Source: Spongospora subterranea f. sp. subterranea
Taxonomy: Eukaryota
Assembly (NCBI GenBank): GCA_049724395.1
Contig: JAUGWO010000060.1
Span: 62,001-126,000, forward strand
DNA: 64,000 nt
Direction: 5' to 3'
Position numbers and translations under genes: made by a program. Positions 1 to 12,090 of this stretch are shown here, in pieces (positions within the stretch are counted from its first letter, which is position 1; every line of letters starts with the position of its first letter). The notes under the pieces were generated by a model, which saw only the letters and a program-made list of their open reading frames with translations, did no database searches and was not told where the DNA came from.

Positions 1-381
1 CTATCATCAAAGCAATACACATCCGCTTCTGTACATGAACTGTTTCTTTTCAAGAAGATACAAAGCCGTTCTTTTTACAACGACGCTGATACGGTCTCCG
101 TTGGCTGAGTCCCAGGAAGTGGAAATAGGTTGAGCGGCCGATGAATACATTATCGCTCCCACTCTTGATTGAATTCAAAACAGGCGGTACAATGATATGC
201 CACGTATTAAACACCACCCTTTTTCATTGGCAGTTGTGAAAAGTGGCCAAGGGCCCTGGCAAATAGCTGTCCGTGGCGGACATGATTTGACAGATGACAA
301 AATAACGACGTTTATCTGCTTCTGGGCCGGGTTTTGGCAATCTCGCTGCCGTAATCGCCCAACGGAGGGGCATTGGACGCC

Positions 382-1581
382 ATGCTGCTTTTCAACCCTC
401 AAGAGGTGGATTCGATACAGTTTATTATCGAAGAGCCCATCATAAAGGATATCGAACGACGATTGGTAGCTCGAAATGTTGACTCTCGCAGCGTCTGCAA
501 ATACTTCTTGAAAGGGTAAAAATAACCACACACAATTGGCGTCTAGGCACAAATTCGTTGGATTTTTTTTTTCTGTTGAAACAATTTTTTTTAACGAAGT
601 GCTTAGCGGCTGCAACAAGAACGAATGTGAATTCAAGCATGCCAGGGGGAGCAGAGAAAAATCGGTTGTTTGTAAACATTGGCTGAGGTAAATCTGAAAC
701 ATGCTGTTTCTGTTCGAGCCATTGATGCTGACTTTGATCATGTTCTAGAGGGTTGTGTAAAAAGGATGACCAATGTGAATTCTTACACGAGTTTGATATG
801 TCGCGCATGCCGATATGTCACTTTTGGACAACATATGGCGAATGTTCGAACCCGGATTGCCCATTTTTACATTTAAAACCCGAAGACCGCGTCAAAGACT
901 GTCTCTGGTACTATCGAGGTTTTTGCAAGCATGGTAGGCATTCAATTTCTTTACAACCTTTTGTGGCTTCAACGAAATTCACATACCTTAGTTACATTAG
1001 TAATCACTTCCGCATTTTCACGATTTTTAGGTCCTAAATGTCGTAATCGCCACGTTCGAAACGAGCCCTGTGTTGATTATATGGCCGGGTTCTGTCCAAA
1101 AGGGCCAGATTGCAAATTTGGACAGTATGTAAATACCTTGTTTTTTTCACGAAAAAATCCTAAACCATAATCCCAGTCCGAAGTTCGACTTACCTCTAGA
1201 CGATACTCGTGGTGGTTCAACAACACCGGCTATCTGTACCCGATGCAATAATGTCGGGCATAAACCTCAGCAATGTCCCCTAAATAACCCCAATCATGTG
1301 GCTCATCATGCTGGTTATCAGCAGCAGCAACGGATTCAGCAATACCAGCAGCATCAACATCATCAACAACAACAAAATCAACAGCAACATCAACAATATC
1401 ATCAACCACCGTATCAACAACATCATCAGTATCAACAACAGAATCAAAATTTCAATGGCTATCAAGGACAACATCAAAGACCTCAATTTAAGTATGACTT
1501 ATTTATTTTTCTATTCACTCAATTATTCTTTTGATTGTTATTTAACGTGTTCATCACAGAGATTTATTAGTATCCGCGTGA
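382..1581 (+). CDS. CPSF4: Cleavage and polyadenylation specificity factor 30 kDa subunit (CPSF30/Yth1), multi-exon
   Basis: Spliced read gives [14 protein letters not shown]...VCKYFLKG / [10 protein letters not shown]...[10 protein letters not shown] / [26 protein letters not shown]...[13 protein letters not shown] / [18 protein letters not shown]. This is five CCCH fingers, then a CCHC knuckle ([14 protein letters not shown]) and a Q/H-rich tail. Last exon approximate. Confidence 0.93.
1318..1445 (+). repeat. CAA/CAG/CAT-rich coding microsatellite (poly-Gln/His tract of CPSF30)
   Basis: Encodes [41 protein letters not shown]. Confidence 0.85.
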
Positions 1582-2082
1582 GTTTTCGCTAAATACTTTT
1601 GTGTTGATTTAGTTCGGGGAATCAGAATGAAAAGCCTCCCGTACAATACAATAATAGACCTCAATTCAGGCGCCCTGGTCAGCCCGAAACGATGAACTGA
1701 CGCTTTTGGGACCTCTAGATCCTCACTTTCTACACCCAGAAATGCGTCGACGATAATTTCAATCAATATCACGGGATCTTGATTGTTTCAATATATTAAC
1801 ATTATTATCATCTCATTGTTATCATCGTTTCCTGTTGAAGACAGGACGTTGATCATCGTAATCGAGGAACGTAGTTTTTCCAACTTCGACGTTATCCACG
1901 ACTTTTTCAAAAATATGTGCTCCGAAGTCCGAAGACTCCGTCCGTCAACTTTAAACTGTTGCGACACTACAACACAAAGCAGTGCCGATTTTCTGGTGTA
2001 CGAATTAAGAAAGCCCTTAAATGAGTCAACATTGCCATAAATTATCTAACGAGCTCCAGTTGACGTCCTGCAGTTGATTATC

Positions 2083-2799
2083 ATGTCGGTAACGAGATCG
2101 ACCAGTAACGCCAAGGATAGCCGTAAGGGCGCGGCCTCCGCCGACAGTCGAGCAGGGAAGTATTTGGCCAGCCCAGCCAGAATGCAGTCCAGTAGCAGCT
2201 TGCAGTCGGCGAGTTCCCGGCGTGTCTCCAATCATGGACTCATCGCCCAGGACGCCCTGCGTACAGCGTTGGCCACAGAAGAGATCGGTATCACGACACT
2301 AACGAAACTGCGAACGCAAACAGGTTCGGGTTTTGGCAAGGTTTACGCAGCGATTGAGTACTGATGGGTCGTTATAGAACAATTGAATAGAATTGAGGAC
2401 CATGTCGCAGAGACAGATGAAATGCTGACGGCCAGCGCCAGGACCATCCGTTCAATGAAGTCCGTCTCTGGACGTTTGTGGAATTGGGTCAGCAAAGCGA
2501 ATCCGAAGAGCGATATTGAGACGAGGCGGGCACACGAAAAGAAGAAAACGCCCGTGAAAGAGCCAAGTCGGAGATATGATGTGCCAACAAGTAGCACAAA
2601 ACAAGCTCTTGAAGGAGATTCGTCACGCGATGTTCAATTGGATGCATTATCGGATTCGGTGCGGAAATTGCATCTGATTGCGCAAGATATGAACAGCGAG
2701 CTAACAGTTCAAGGGCGGATGTTGGATGGGATCGATAACGATATGAACTCGCTGCAAGAGCGGCTGAAAATGCAGAATCGCCAGATCAGAAAACTATAG
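2083..2799 (+). CDS. SNAP-25/29-family Qbc-SNARE (2 exons)
   Basis: First SNARE motif (ALRTALATEEIGITTLTKLRTQT|EQLNRIEDHV) spans an intron at ~2323-2378. Second motif at the C-terminus (LDALSDSVRKLHLIAQDMNSELTVQGRMLDGI). No TM anchor. Confidence 0.85.
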
Positions 2800-3431
2800 T
2801 CGCGGTTTTCGTCAACACAATCGATGAGTTGCTGTCCGATGATGATGAATTACACTAATTTCCCCGTAAATCAATTCATCAGCAAATGTATCACACTATA
2901 AATATTATTTCGCCACAAAGTTTTCCTTCAAATCAAATTGGTATTCTGTGATTATTCGTTTCTTTATGAACAGAGGTTCCTTTCTGAAGCTGTTTCAATA
3001 CACTCTGCACATACTGCAGGACTGGCTCCTTTGCGAAATTTCGGGTCTGGTCAATCCCAGTTTGCCATAGCGATCATAAACAATTTCAAAAACCAAATTG
3101 TGGACTTTCCCTTTTTCCTCAATCGGATTCGTGAGAACAGGTGGAGGTCGTTTACCCATAAGTACAACCAATGCCCAGAACTGTTCAATGGAGTTGAGTC
3201 ATGAACCGAATCACGAGCCAGTGGTGAGTCATGAATTTGGGTTTCGCGTTGGGCCAACATCAAATTGTAGGTCACTGTTTAAATAGATAATTATCTATAT
3301 TTATTATCTCTCATCTAAAGTGTATTAAAAACCGCCATCACTAATTTGTCCTCAGAGAATCAACAAGTATCGTCGCCCATCAACGCGGTCGCCGATATTA
3401 ACTTTTATTATATATTAATCTCGCTATTGGC

Positions 3432-3773
3432 ATGAGCAACTATTCTTTCGACCTTTCTGGAACGGATGCAGGTTTTGTTTGCGAAGAGCAGCAGTTCATG
3501 ATGGATTCGGCGTCTACGGCCCCATTTCTCACACTAGCACCTGCTGGGCAACAATTTCAACATCCCATTGCCGAATTTGACTACCATTCGTTTCCCAAGA
3601 TCGTCGACTCTCCTCCCGCATTGGTACTTGATCAAGGATCGATTTCGTACGAGAGCTTCCTTGGACACGATGATCACGAGCGATTCTCTGTCAATATCAA
3701 CGCCAATCCTACAGAATCCCTGTCAATGGATGCGTTCATACACTTTTTGCACATGGCGCCCTATCTGTTCTGA
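3432..3773 (+). CDS. Hypothetical acidic 113-aa protein
   Basis: Single ORF with ATG, coding-like composition, AT-rich flanks; no recognisable domain. Confidence 0.5.
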   Translation: MSNYSFDLSGTDAGFVCEEQQFMMDSASTAPFLTLAPAGQQFQHPIAEFDYHSFPKIVDSPPALVLDQGSISYESFLGHDDHERFSVNINANPTESLSMDAFIHFLHMAPYLF

Positions 3774-3926
3774 GTTAGCTCCATACACTGTTATATATAT
3801 ATGCGAATATTATAAACTAACAAAAAAATTAAAAAAACGCGGGCTCAGACACATAACCGACAGCAGACCGTTGCAATCATGCTCGTGATCACTGGTTATA
3901 TCGTATAATTTAAACGCATTTATTTT

Positions 3927-5214
3927 TCAACTATTTAAGAAACTAAACCATGGGTGTTGTATGGCATCGAATGCCGTTATTCTCTCGCTGGAACGATAGC
4001 ATAACAACCGAGAAACGATGTCCTTGGCCAGATCTGACACCGGAATAGTCTTAGGAAACCATGGACCTGGATCACAAAATCAGAGTAATATACAAATACA
4101 TGTTAATGGATGGACCATGGCCAGAGGCGGTCTCCTTCCGGAACCCACACAATATGTTATTCTCGATGGAGCGGTTGTTGTAGGAACAATACGGATCCCT
4201 ACAGTTGACCAAGTCGCTAAAAGTGCAGAGCGGCGACTTGATTAATGATGAAAACCGACCAGGGACTATATCCAAACAGCATGATATACAGGACGACACC
4301 TAAACTCCACATATCGACCTGAGTCCCGTACATCTGCAGAAACAGAACACACTTGTTCAGCCATCGCAATGGCGCAATACAGTGGGTTACAGCCACAGCC
4401 GAAACGTGTAACGGGTATCTCGTTACACGTGTCGGTGTTCGTGTAACGTTAACAATAGGGGGGTCTGAAATGGACCTGTTTGATCTGTTCCGGGGCCATG
4501 AACGCCGTCGTACCGCTCCTGGATGTGAGAATGGCGCCGGCTTGACAGCGAGACGATAGGCCGAAATCGATCAGTTTGATCCCGATCGGGCTCTTGGCTG
4601 TTGTGAACATGATGTTGGCCAGCTTGATGTCGCAGTGGGCAACGCCAGCCACGTCATGTAAATAGGCAACTGGCGCGAGTATCTGTGTACGAGTCAGCCC
4701 AGGTGCATTCGTTGGAGAAGCTTGCCGCACCTGTCGAAAAACGAGGGCCGCCTCCTTCTCCGATATCTTCCCGCCTTTGGCGTTAATGTAGTCGAATAGA
4801 TCGCTGCCTGCGCAACGCTCCATAACCAGATAGATATGAGTTCGGGAACGGACAACTCGCTCCAATCGTACAATACCCGGATGGGATAACGTCCCTAATC
4901 CTTCCAATCAATGTCGCGAATGATTTCAAACGACATGTCGCTGGCTCACCGAGAATATCAATCTCTTTTCTATACAAGTTCATGAGGGTATTATAGTGCT
5001 GTGAATCCACTGCAGGAATCTTCAAAGATTTGACAGCTAGCTTGATTCCAGTTTTCTTGTCTTTGATGGAATACACCGACCCAAACGCACCTGGCTCTCC
5101 AAGACACCTCCCAACCGTATACTGTGATGATAAACACTCAACTAGATCATCCATCGAATTCTTCTTGGTCGCTACGACTGGGGTTTTCGTCATCCCGATT
5201 GTGGTTCGTTGCAT
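3927..5214 (-). CDS. CAMK-group Ser/Thr protein kinase, multi-exon
   Basis: GEPGAFGSVY, LAVK, HPGIVRL, HCDIKLANI, DFG, GTTAFMAPE, DMWSLGVVLYIML, RITAFDAIQHPWF across GT-AG introns; TGA at 3927-3929. Confidence 0.9.
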
Positions 5215-5874
5215 CGGCCGCCGATCACCACGAACCTGGTCGAGAGCCAGCAGCGTTGTGGTCGTTGAGGAACGATCGCGACCCTCGGGATCCGATCTGG
5301 ACCAGAGGAGCAACGCGTCATTCGCCCAGCGACAGTGAACGTGATCAGTCCCTGGGTCGCGACGGCAGCCCCAGGAACCCCAGTCACAATGGTAACGAGG
5401 ATAGCCCTACTGGGACGTGGTACAACTCCACCCGAGATGGCGATAGCACAGCCGGCACACATTCCAGACAATCACTTGTCAACGGGCAGCACATTCTACC
5501 CACGTGCATGAAACCAAAGTGAACCTCTTCTGCCCCAATGAGAGCAGGACGGCCCGAAAACATGGGTTTAGTGGATAGGACGGTTTGTTTTTCGACTTGC
5601 ACAAAGGACCCGCACGATATTGCGTGTATCTTGAGGTTTGGCTTTCCCGAAGCGGAAATGGCTAAGTGTCACTAACGAGCGAGTGGTCCCACAGATTCGC
5701 CCCCGTTGACCAAGAAAATTTGCGATTTATCCGGGAACGAATCGCGTCATTGATTGCCAGTGCATAGTTGTCGGGGATAGGTTTGCGGGTGTCGTCGCTG
5801 AATCTGCGGTCGATCTCTTGCAGGTTGGATCGGTCAACTGGCAAGGTTTACTGTGGCATTCAGCAGCAATCGTC

Positions 5875-7319
5875 ATGACTAACCCGTTGAGTCACGCCTC
5901 ACGACCGACCTGTACCGACCGTTATCACCATCTTATCATGGTTGCCAACCCATTCGCGAAACGGATTATTCCCGCCCTACCGCCATCGTTCATCGACCGC
6001 GTCATGTTCCCGACCGATCTCTCATCTAAACACGTCGTTGTCGCCGATGATACATCCGAAACCACCACTTATAAAGAGCGCCATCAGCTCTATCTATTCC
6101 AGCAAGGAAAAATCAACGAAGATTATCCAATCAAAGCAATCCAAAAGAATGAAAAGTCGCCAAAAACGAACTTGATCGGAGGAGACGTTGCCGATGAATT
6201 AGAATCGATCTATAGAACTCCTCGCGACAAAGGTCAACGTCTGACCAATGACGTTGTTGAATTAATTCGTGATCCGTCCTCCCCGTTAACAGCCCAAGGA
6301 ACATATTTCGTGAAAGATCGTGCGACCGGGCATAAGATGGGTGTATTCAAACCGTCTGCCGAAGAAGCCCTGATGCAGTCCAGGCGAAAAATGTCAATCT
6401 CCTGCGTTATCAAGAGGGTGAGCATACCCTACTAAGGATGCGGCCACGTCAAAGCATTGATTCTATTGTGTGAACTATTTAGGGGATAGTTGTTGGAGAT
6501 GCAGCTATAAAAGAGAAAGCTGCATTCCTGTTAGATTTCGATGGGTTTGCTGGTGTCCCGAGGACAGATTTTGCCGTTATCGACGACAGCAATGCCGTCG
6601 AGCATTTCGGCAGTTTACAGGAATTCTGTGAGCATATGTGCACTTCAGAGGATCTAGGCCCGTCGAAATACGATCTTGAGAATGTCCACGCCATCGCCCT
6701 GCTCGATCTACGTCTGTTCAATCTTGATCGGCATGAAGGCAACCTTCTCGTTCGAGTTGGAGCAGAACCCGATACCTATAGGTAATAGTCGATCAGCAGC
6801 GAACTGACCTGGCACCCCATCGGTGTCGCTGTCGTCGTTCGGTTTTTTCTCATTTCGGCCGTTAGGTTGGTCCCGATCGATCATGGATTCTCATTACCGT
6901 CGTTTCGTACATTGTCAGACGCCATGTTTTGTTGGACGGCGTGGCGCCAGGCCAAGATGCCATTATCGCCGTCAACGCGCGAATACTTATGCCGAATCAA
7001 GCCGGTCAACGATATCGTTGCCCTGAAGCGGATCGGGTTACGAGACGAATCCACCATGACCTATGTCCTGTGCTCTCGATATGTTCAGCAATGTGCCGAA
7101 GCTGGGATGACCCTCTATGGAATGGCGTCATCGATGCAGCGCGATCTCAACGACAACGAGTCAATGTCGACGTTTGAGACCATCGTTCAAAGGTCGTCGA
7201 CCGAATCCAACTTCAATGATTTTGTGTTCGACGATCGACAGAATTCGTGGACGTGCGATGCCGTTCAGCGGTTCCTGGAAACGTTCGATCGCAATGTTCA
7301 GTTGACCTGTAGGAACTGA
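5875..7319 (+). CDS. Type II phosphatidylinositol 4-kinase-like (PI3/PI4 kinase family), 3 exons
   Basis: GTYFVKD...GVFKPSAEE; KEKAAFLLD..GFAGVPRT; FGSLQEF; LDLRLFNLDRHEGNLL; LVPIDHGFSLP. Introns at ~6418-6481 and ~6782-6865. Confidence 0.88.
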
Positions 7320-7560
7320 GTTCCGCCTAGCTATGCGGTTCCGCCGATCATGGCTACTGGCAGTTTGCTGTATTTATGTAATCATTAGCAACAAATACAA
7401 TCTCCTTAACTATACTCCATAATGGCCCAATCCCAGATTTTATTCGCTCGAACCGACCCAGATTGGAGCGTTTTAGTTCGCCAAGTCCCTCGAATGAACA
7501 GAGTCGTAATGGGTGTCGGTCGGTCAATCGGGCTGCAAAAATTCATCATTATTTGCAGTA

Positions 7561-7878
7561 ATGAATATCGAAAGCGGCGTTGATTATGATCTGACTCCGC
7601 CCTCTGAATCTCCCAACGCGAAGGAGCGCCAACTGGATTCCCGGATCCGGTCGCTGCATCAGGTCCTGTACCTGTTGGCCTTGTTCCTGCTGCTGTCCAT
7701 CATTCTGATATCGGTGGCCGTTTGGGGATTCACGTCGACCGAACCGAGTATCAACTGGAACATGGTGGGCGTCGCCGGTATGATCCTCTGCTACTTCAGT
7801 GTCGCCTTGTTGCTGGGCGTGTTCCTTCCTTCTCACGCTGATCAAAAGGTCCATCACCGGTTTCTGATGGAGTTCTGA
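7561..7878 (+). CDS. Small membrane protein with two predicted TM helices
   Basis: Hydrophobic segments VLYLLALFLLLSIILISVAVWGF and MVGVAGMILCYFSVALLLGVFL. Confidence 0.6.
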   Translation: MNIESGVDYDLTPPSESPNAKERQLDSRIRSLHQVLYLLALFLLLSIILISVAVWGFTSTEPSINWNMVGVAGMILCYFSVALLLGVFLPSHADQKVHHRFLMEF

Positions 7879-8954
7879 ACTAGCGAATCAGTTGAAGATG
7901 GACATCAACGAACAGACCCAATCCCCGAATTTATAGCCGCTTTTCAAACTCATATTCTCTTCAATACAAACTCCCATTTGACAACGAACGGGGCAACCAA
8001 GAAATTTTCAGTACAATCTATCGAACGAGAATTGAAAATCAGATTTTCCTAATAGGAGCAGACAATCCACCAGTAGTGTTGAGGGGCATTGAACGGGTTT
8101 TACGATCAAAATTCGACCAATGAAGGTTGTATTAACACTGACAATTGTTTTAGTTTGAAAAACGGGTGTCGTCCTGGACGTCCTGGCCCAACGACCCAAC
8201 CCCTGGGTGGGTCTGGTTGACCGCTGACTTCGGGGTGTGGTTGAGGCTCGGTTGCGGACTCGGGTGAAACCCACCAGTGGGACGCGGCCACGGAGGCTCC
8301 CGTCTACTTTCCGTGAATGTCCCGTTGTTCAAATCCGGTTATTTCGAAATCCGCCACAGTTTTCATCGATTGATGCCTGCATTGGCTCAGATCGACATCA
8401 AACCAGTTATCCAAGACAAGAAGTACTCTTATGATCGAATCTGCTGTTTCGTGCATTGACGATGTTTAATATGTTCTTCATAGAAACTCAGACTGCTGCG
8501 TATTCAGAAAAGAAATCTGCTTACGCCGGTCGGTGGAACTGCATTTTTCTCAAACTAAACGTCAACTCATTCGTTTTCTGAACAGGACGAACAATCATAG
8601 TTCGGAGGGATTCTTGTAGGTTATCCATCTTTCCACGTTTCCAAAGCTAATTTGTTCAAGATTCTGTTTCGGATCACGCCAAGAAAATTCAAGAACGGTT
8701 CATAATGAGACGAATGGTATTCAGCAGTAAGCAAACGAAAACTTTCCCAATAATATTTTCTCAGTGTCCTATATAGACCGTTTGATCGGTCTGAGAGTGG
8801 TCGGCCAGCCGTAAAAATTGAAGTCGATACTCAGCGGCCTGCTGATTATGAACATAATGCACATATTGAGAGAATTGGCCAGATCCCGATCAATTGCGCA
8901 ATTGAGCCTAAGAAAAGGTCAACGAATCTGTCCTTAACAAAAATACTTGCTGAG

Positions 8955-11900
8955 AATGGCAGTAGGCTTAGGCAATCGCCTGCTGTGAGTGCAACCGTCA
9001 ATAGTAAGCCTGGTTGTGGGGAGAGAGGTGACGATGGTAAGCGATGTAGACGAACATCGACAATTATCTTAACCGACGGAAGTATACATGAAAATCAAAA
9101 GCGGATTGCGAAAAATGGCATGAGAAATCGACCTAAATCAACACCACTTGACAATCGTAAAGGTGGGCCTGTTTACAAACAAGCGAGCTCTATCGAGTTA
9201 TTGACCCCGACCAACGTATTCGAAGAACAAGCGGCGATTGTTCGCAAGTCCATAAGAACTTTGGTAACCAGCTCTATGACCAGTTATGAACGTTGCGAAC
9301 AAACCCGGCCCATAAATGATTCTTTTCACATTGCAGAGAGCAACGATGCAGAAAATCAATTTGATGGTAAAAAGACACAACATCATTGCAGGCAATTTCA
9401 CTGATAGCTATACAGATAGCATCATGACAGAAGATCTTGCTCTCAACGCCCACAGCGACCTTGCAAAAGTTTCCTTTGATCGCACCGCAGACAATATCTT
9501 GTCAGAAGATTCCTCTGATCGCAACGCAGACAGCAATATTGCAGAAGATCCCTCTGATAGCACCGCCGACAATATCATGGCAGAAAATTCCTCAGATCGC
9601 ACTGCAGACAACATCATTGCAGAAGATCCCTCTGGTCGCACTGCAGACAACATCATTGCAGAAGATCTCTCTGGTCGCACCGCAGACAACATCATTGCAG
9701 AAGATCTCTCTGGTCGCACCGCAGACAACATCATGGCAGAAGATCCCTCTGGTCGCACCGCAGACAACATCATGGCTCAAGATCCCTCTGATCGCACTGC
9801 AGACAACATGATGGCAGAAGATCCCTCTGATCGCAACGCAGAAAACATCATGACAGAAGATCCTTCTGGTTGCACCGCAGACAACATTATCGCAGAAAAT
9901 TCCTCTGATCGCACCGCAGACAACATCATGGCAGCAGATCCCTCTAATCGCACCGCAGACAACATTATGGCAGAAGGTCCCTCTGATCGCACCGCAGAAA
10001 ACATCATGGCAGAAGATCCCTCTTCTCGCACCGCAGACAACATCATGGCAGAAGATCCCTCTGGTCGCACTGCAGACAACATCATTGCAGAAGGCCCCTC
10101 TTGTCGCACCGCAGACAACATCATGGCAGAAGATCCCTCTTGTCGCACCGCAGACAATATCATTGCAGAAAATCCCTCTGATAGCAACGCAGACAGCAGA
10201 ATGGCAGATGATTTTTCTGATCGCAACGCAGTCAACATGATGTCAGAACATCCCTTTGATAGCAACGCAGAGATTCCTCTGATAGCAACGCAGACAACAG
10301 AATGTCGGAACATCCCTCTAATCGCACCGAATGGCAGTAGGTGTAGGCGACGGCCTGCTGTGATTGCAACTGTCAATAGTAAGCCTGATTGTGAGGAGAG
10401 AGGTGACGAGGGTAAGCGATGTAGACGAAGATCGACAATTATCGCAACCGACAGAAGTATACGTGAGAATCCAAAGCGAATTGCGAAAAATGGCAGAAGA
10501 AATCGACCCAAATCAACACCAGCCGATAATCGTAAAGGTGGGCCTGTCTATGAACAGACGAGCTCTATCGAGTTATTGACCCCGACCAACGTATTCAATG
10601 ACCAAGCGGCGATTGTGGACAAGTCCATAAGAACTTTGGTACCCAGCTCTATGACCAGCTATGAACGTAGCGAACAAACCCGGCCTATAAATGATTCTGG
10701 TCACATTGCAGAGAGCAACGATGCAGAAATTCAATTTGATGGTAAATCACACAACACCATGGCAGGCAATTCCACTGATAGCATTACAGATAGCATCATG
10801 GCAGAAGATCTCGCTCTCAATGCCCACAGCAACCTGGCGAAAGTCCCCTTCCAACGCACCGCAGACAACATCATGACAGAAGATTCTTCTAATTGCGCCG
10901 CAGATAAAATCATAGCAGAAGATCCCTCGGATCACAAAGCAGGCAGCAATATTGAAACTGATCCCACCGCAGACAACATCGTGGCAGAAGATCCCTCGGA
11001 TCGCAAAGCAGACAGAAATATTGCAGAAGATCTCTGTGATTTCACCAATATCATGGCAGGAGTTCCTTCTCATTGCACCGCAGACAACATCATGGCAGAA
11101 GATTCCTCGGATCGCACCGCAAATAACATCATGGCAAAAGATCCTTCTGGTCGCACCGCAGACAACATCATGGCAGAAGATCCCTCTGATCGCACTGCAG
11201 ACATTATGATGGTGGAAGATTCCTCTGATCGCAACGCAGAGAACATCATGGCAGAAGATCCCTCTAATCGCACCGCAGACAACATCATGACAGAAGAACC
11301 CTCTGAACGCTCCGCAGACAACATCATTTCAACCGCAAGATCCCTCTGGTCGCAACGCAGAGAACATCACGGCGGAAAATCTCTATGGTCGCACCACAGA
11401 CAACATCATGGCTGAAGATCCCTCTGGTCGCACCGCAGACAACGTTATGGCAGAAGGTCCCTCTGATCGCACCGCAGAAAACATCATGGCAGAAGATCCC
11501 TCTGATCGCAACGCAGAGGTCCCTCTGATCGCAACGCAAACAGCAGAATGGCAGAAGGTCCCTCTACTCACACCGATTGGCACTAGGTGTTGGCAATCGC
11601 CTGCTGTGAGTGCAACCGTCAATGGTAAGCCTGACTATGAGGAGAGAGGTGACAAGGGTAAGCGATGTAGACGAAGATCGACAATTATCGCAACCGACAG
11701 AAGTATACGTGAGAATCCAAAGCGGATTGCGAAAAATGGCAGAAGAAATCGACCCAAATCAACACCAGCTGACAATCGTAACAAGGTGGGTCTGTCTATG
11801 AACAGACTAGCTCTATCGAGTTATTCAACGACCAAGCGGCGATTGTGGACAAGTCCATCAGAACTTTGGTACCCAGCTCTATGACCAGCTATGAACGTAG

Positions 11901-12090
11901 CGAACAAAACCGGCCTATAAATGATTCTGGTCACATTGCAGAGAGCAACGATGCAGAAAATGAATTTGATGGTAAAACACACAACACCATGGCATGCAAT
12001 TCCACTGATAGCATTACAGATAGCATCATGCCAGAAGATCTCGCTCTTAATGCCCATAGCAACCTGGCGAAAGTCCCCTTTAATCGCACC
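8955..12090 (+). repeat. Three copies of a ~520-nt non-minisatellite block (higher-order repeat)
   Basis: Near-identical blocks start at ~8955, ~10330 and ~11576; shared sequence includes GGTAAGCGATGTAGACGAA...CAGCTCTATGACCAG...GCAGAGAGCAACGATGCAGAAA. Confidence 0.95.

Noticed and set aside
175..808. Minus-strand ORFs of 188 and 122 aa
   Set aside because: Antisense to CPSF30 exons and introns; no protein-like features
1280..1592. Asn/Ile-rich and Leu/Met-rich ORFs
   Set aside because: Shadow frames of the CPSF30 poly-Q exon
8160..8300. GC-rich hairpin-prone segment as a possible ncRNA
   Set aside because: Only short imperfect stems; consistent with a GC-rich promoter region
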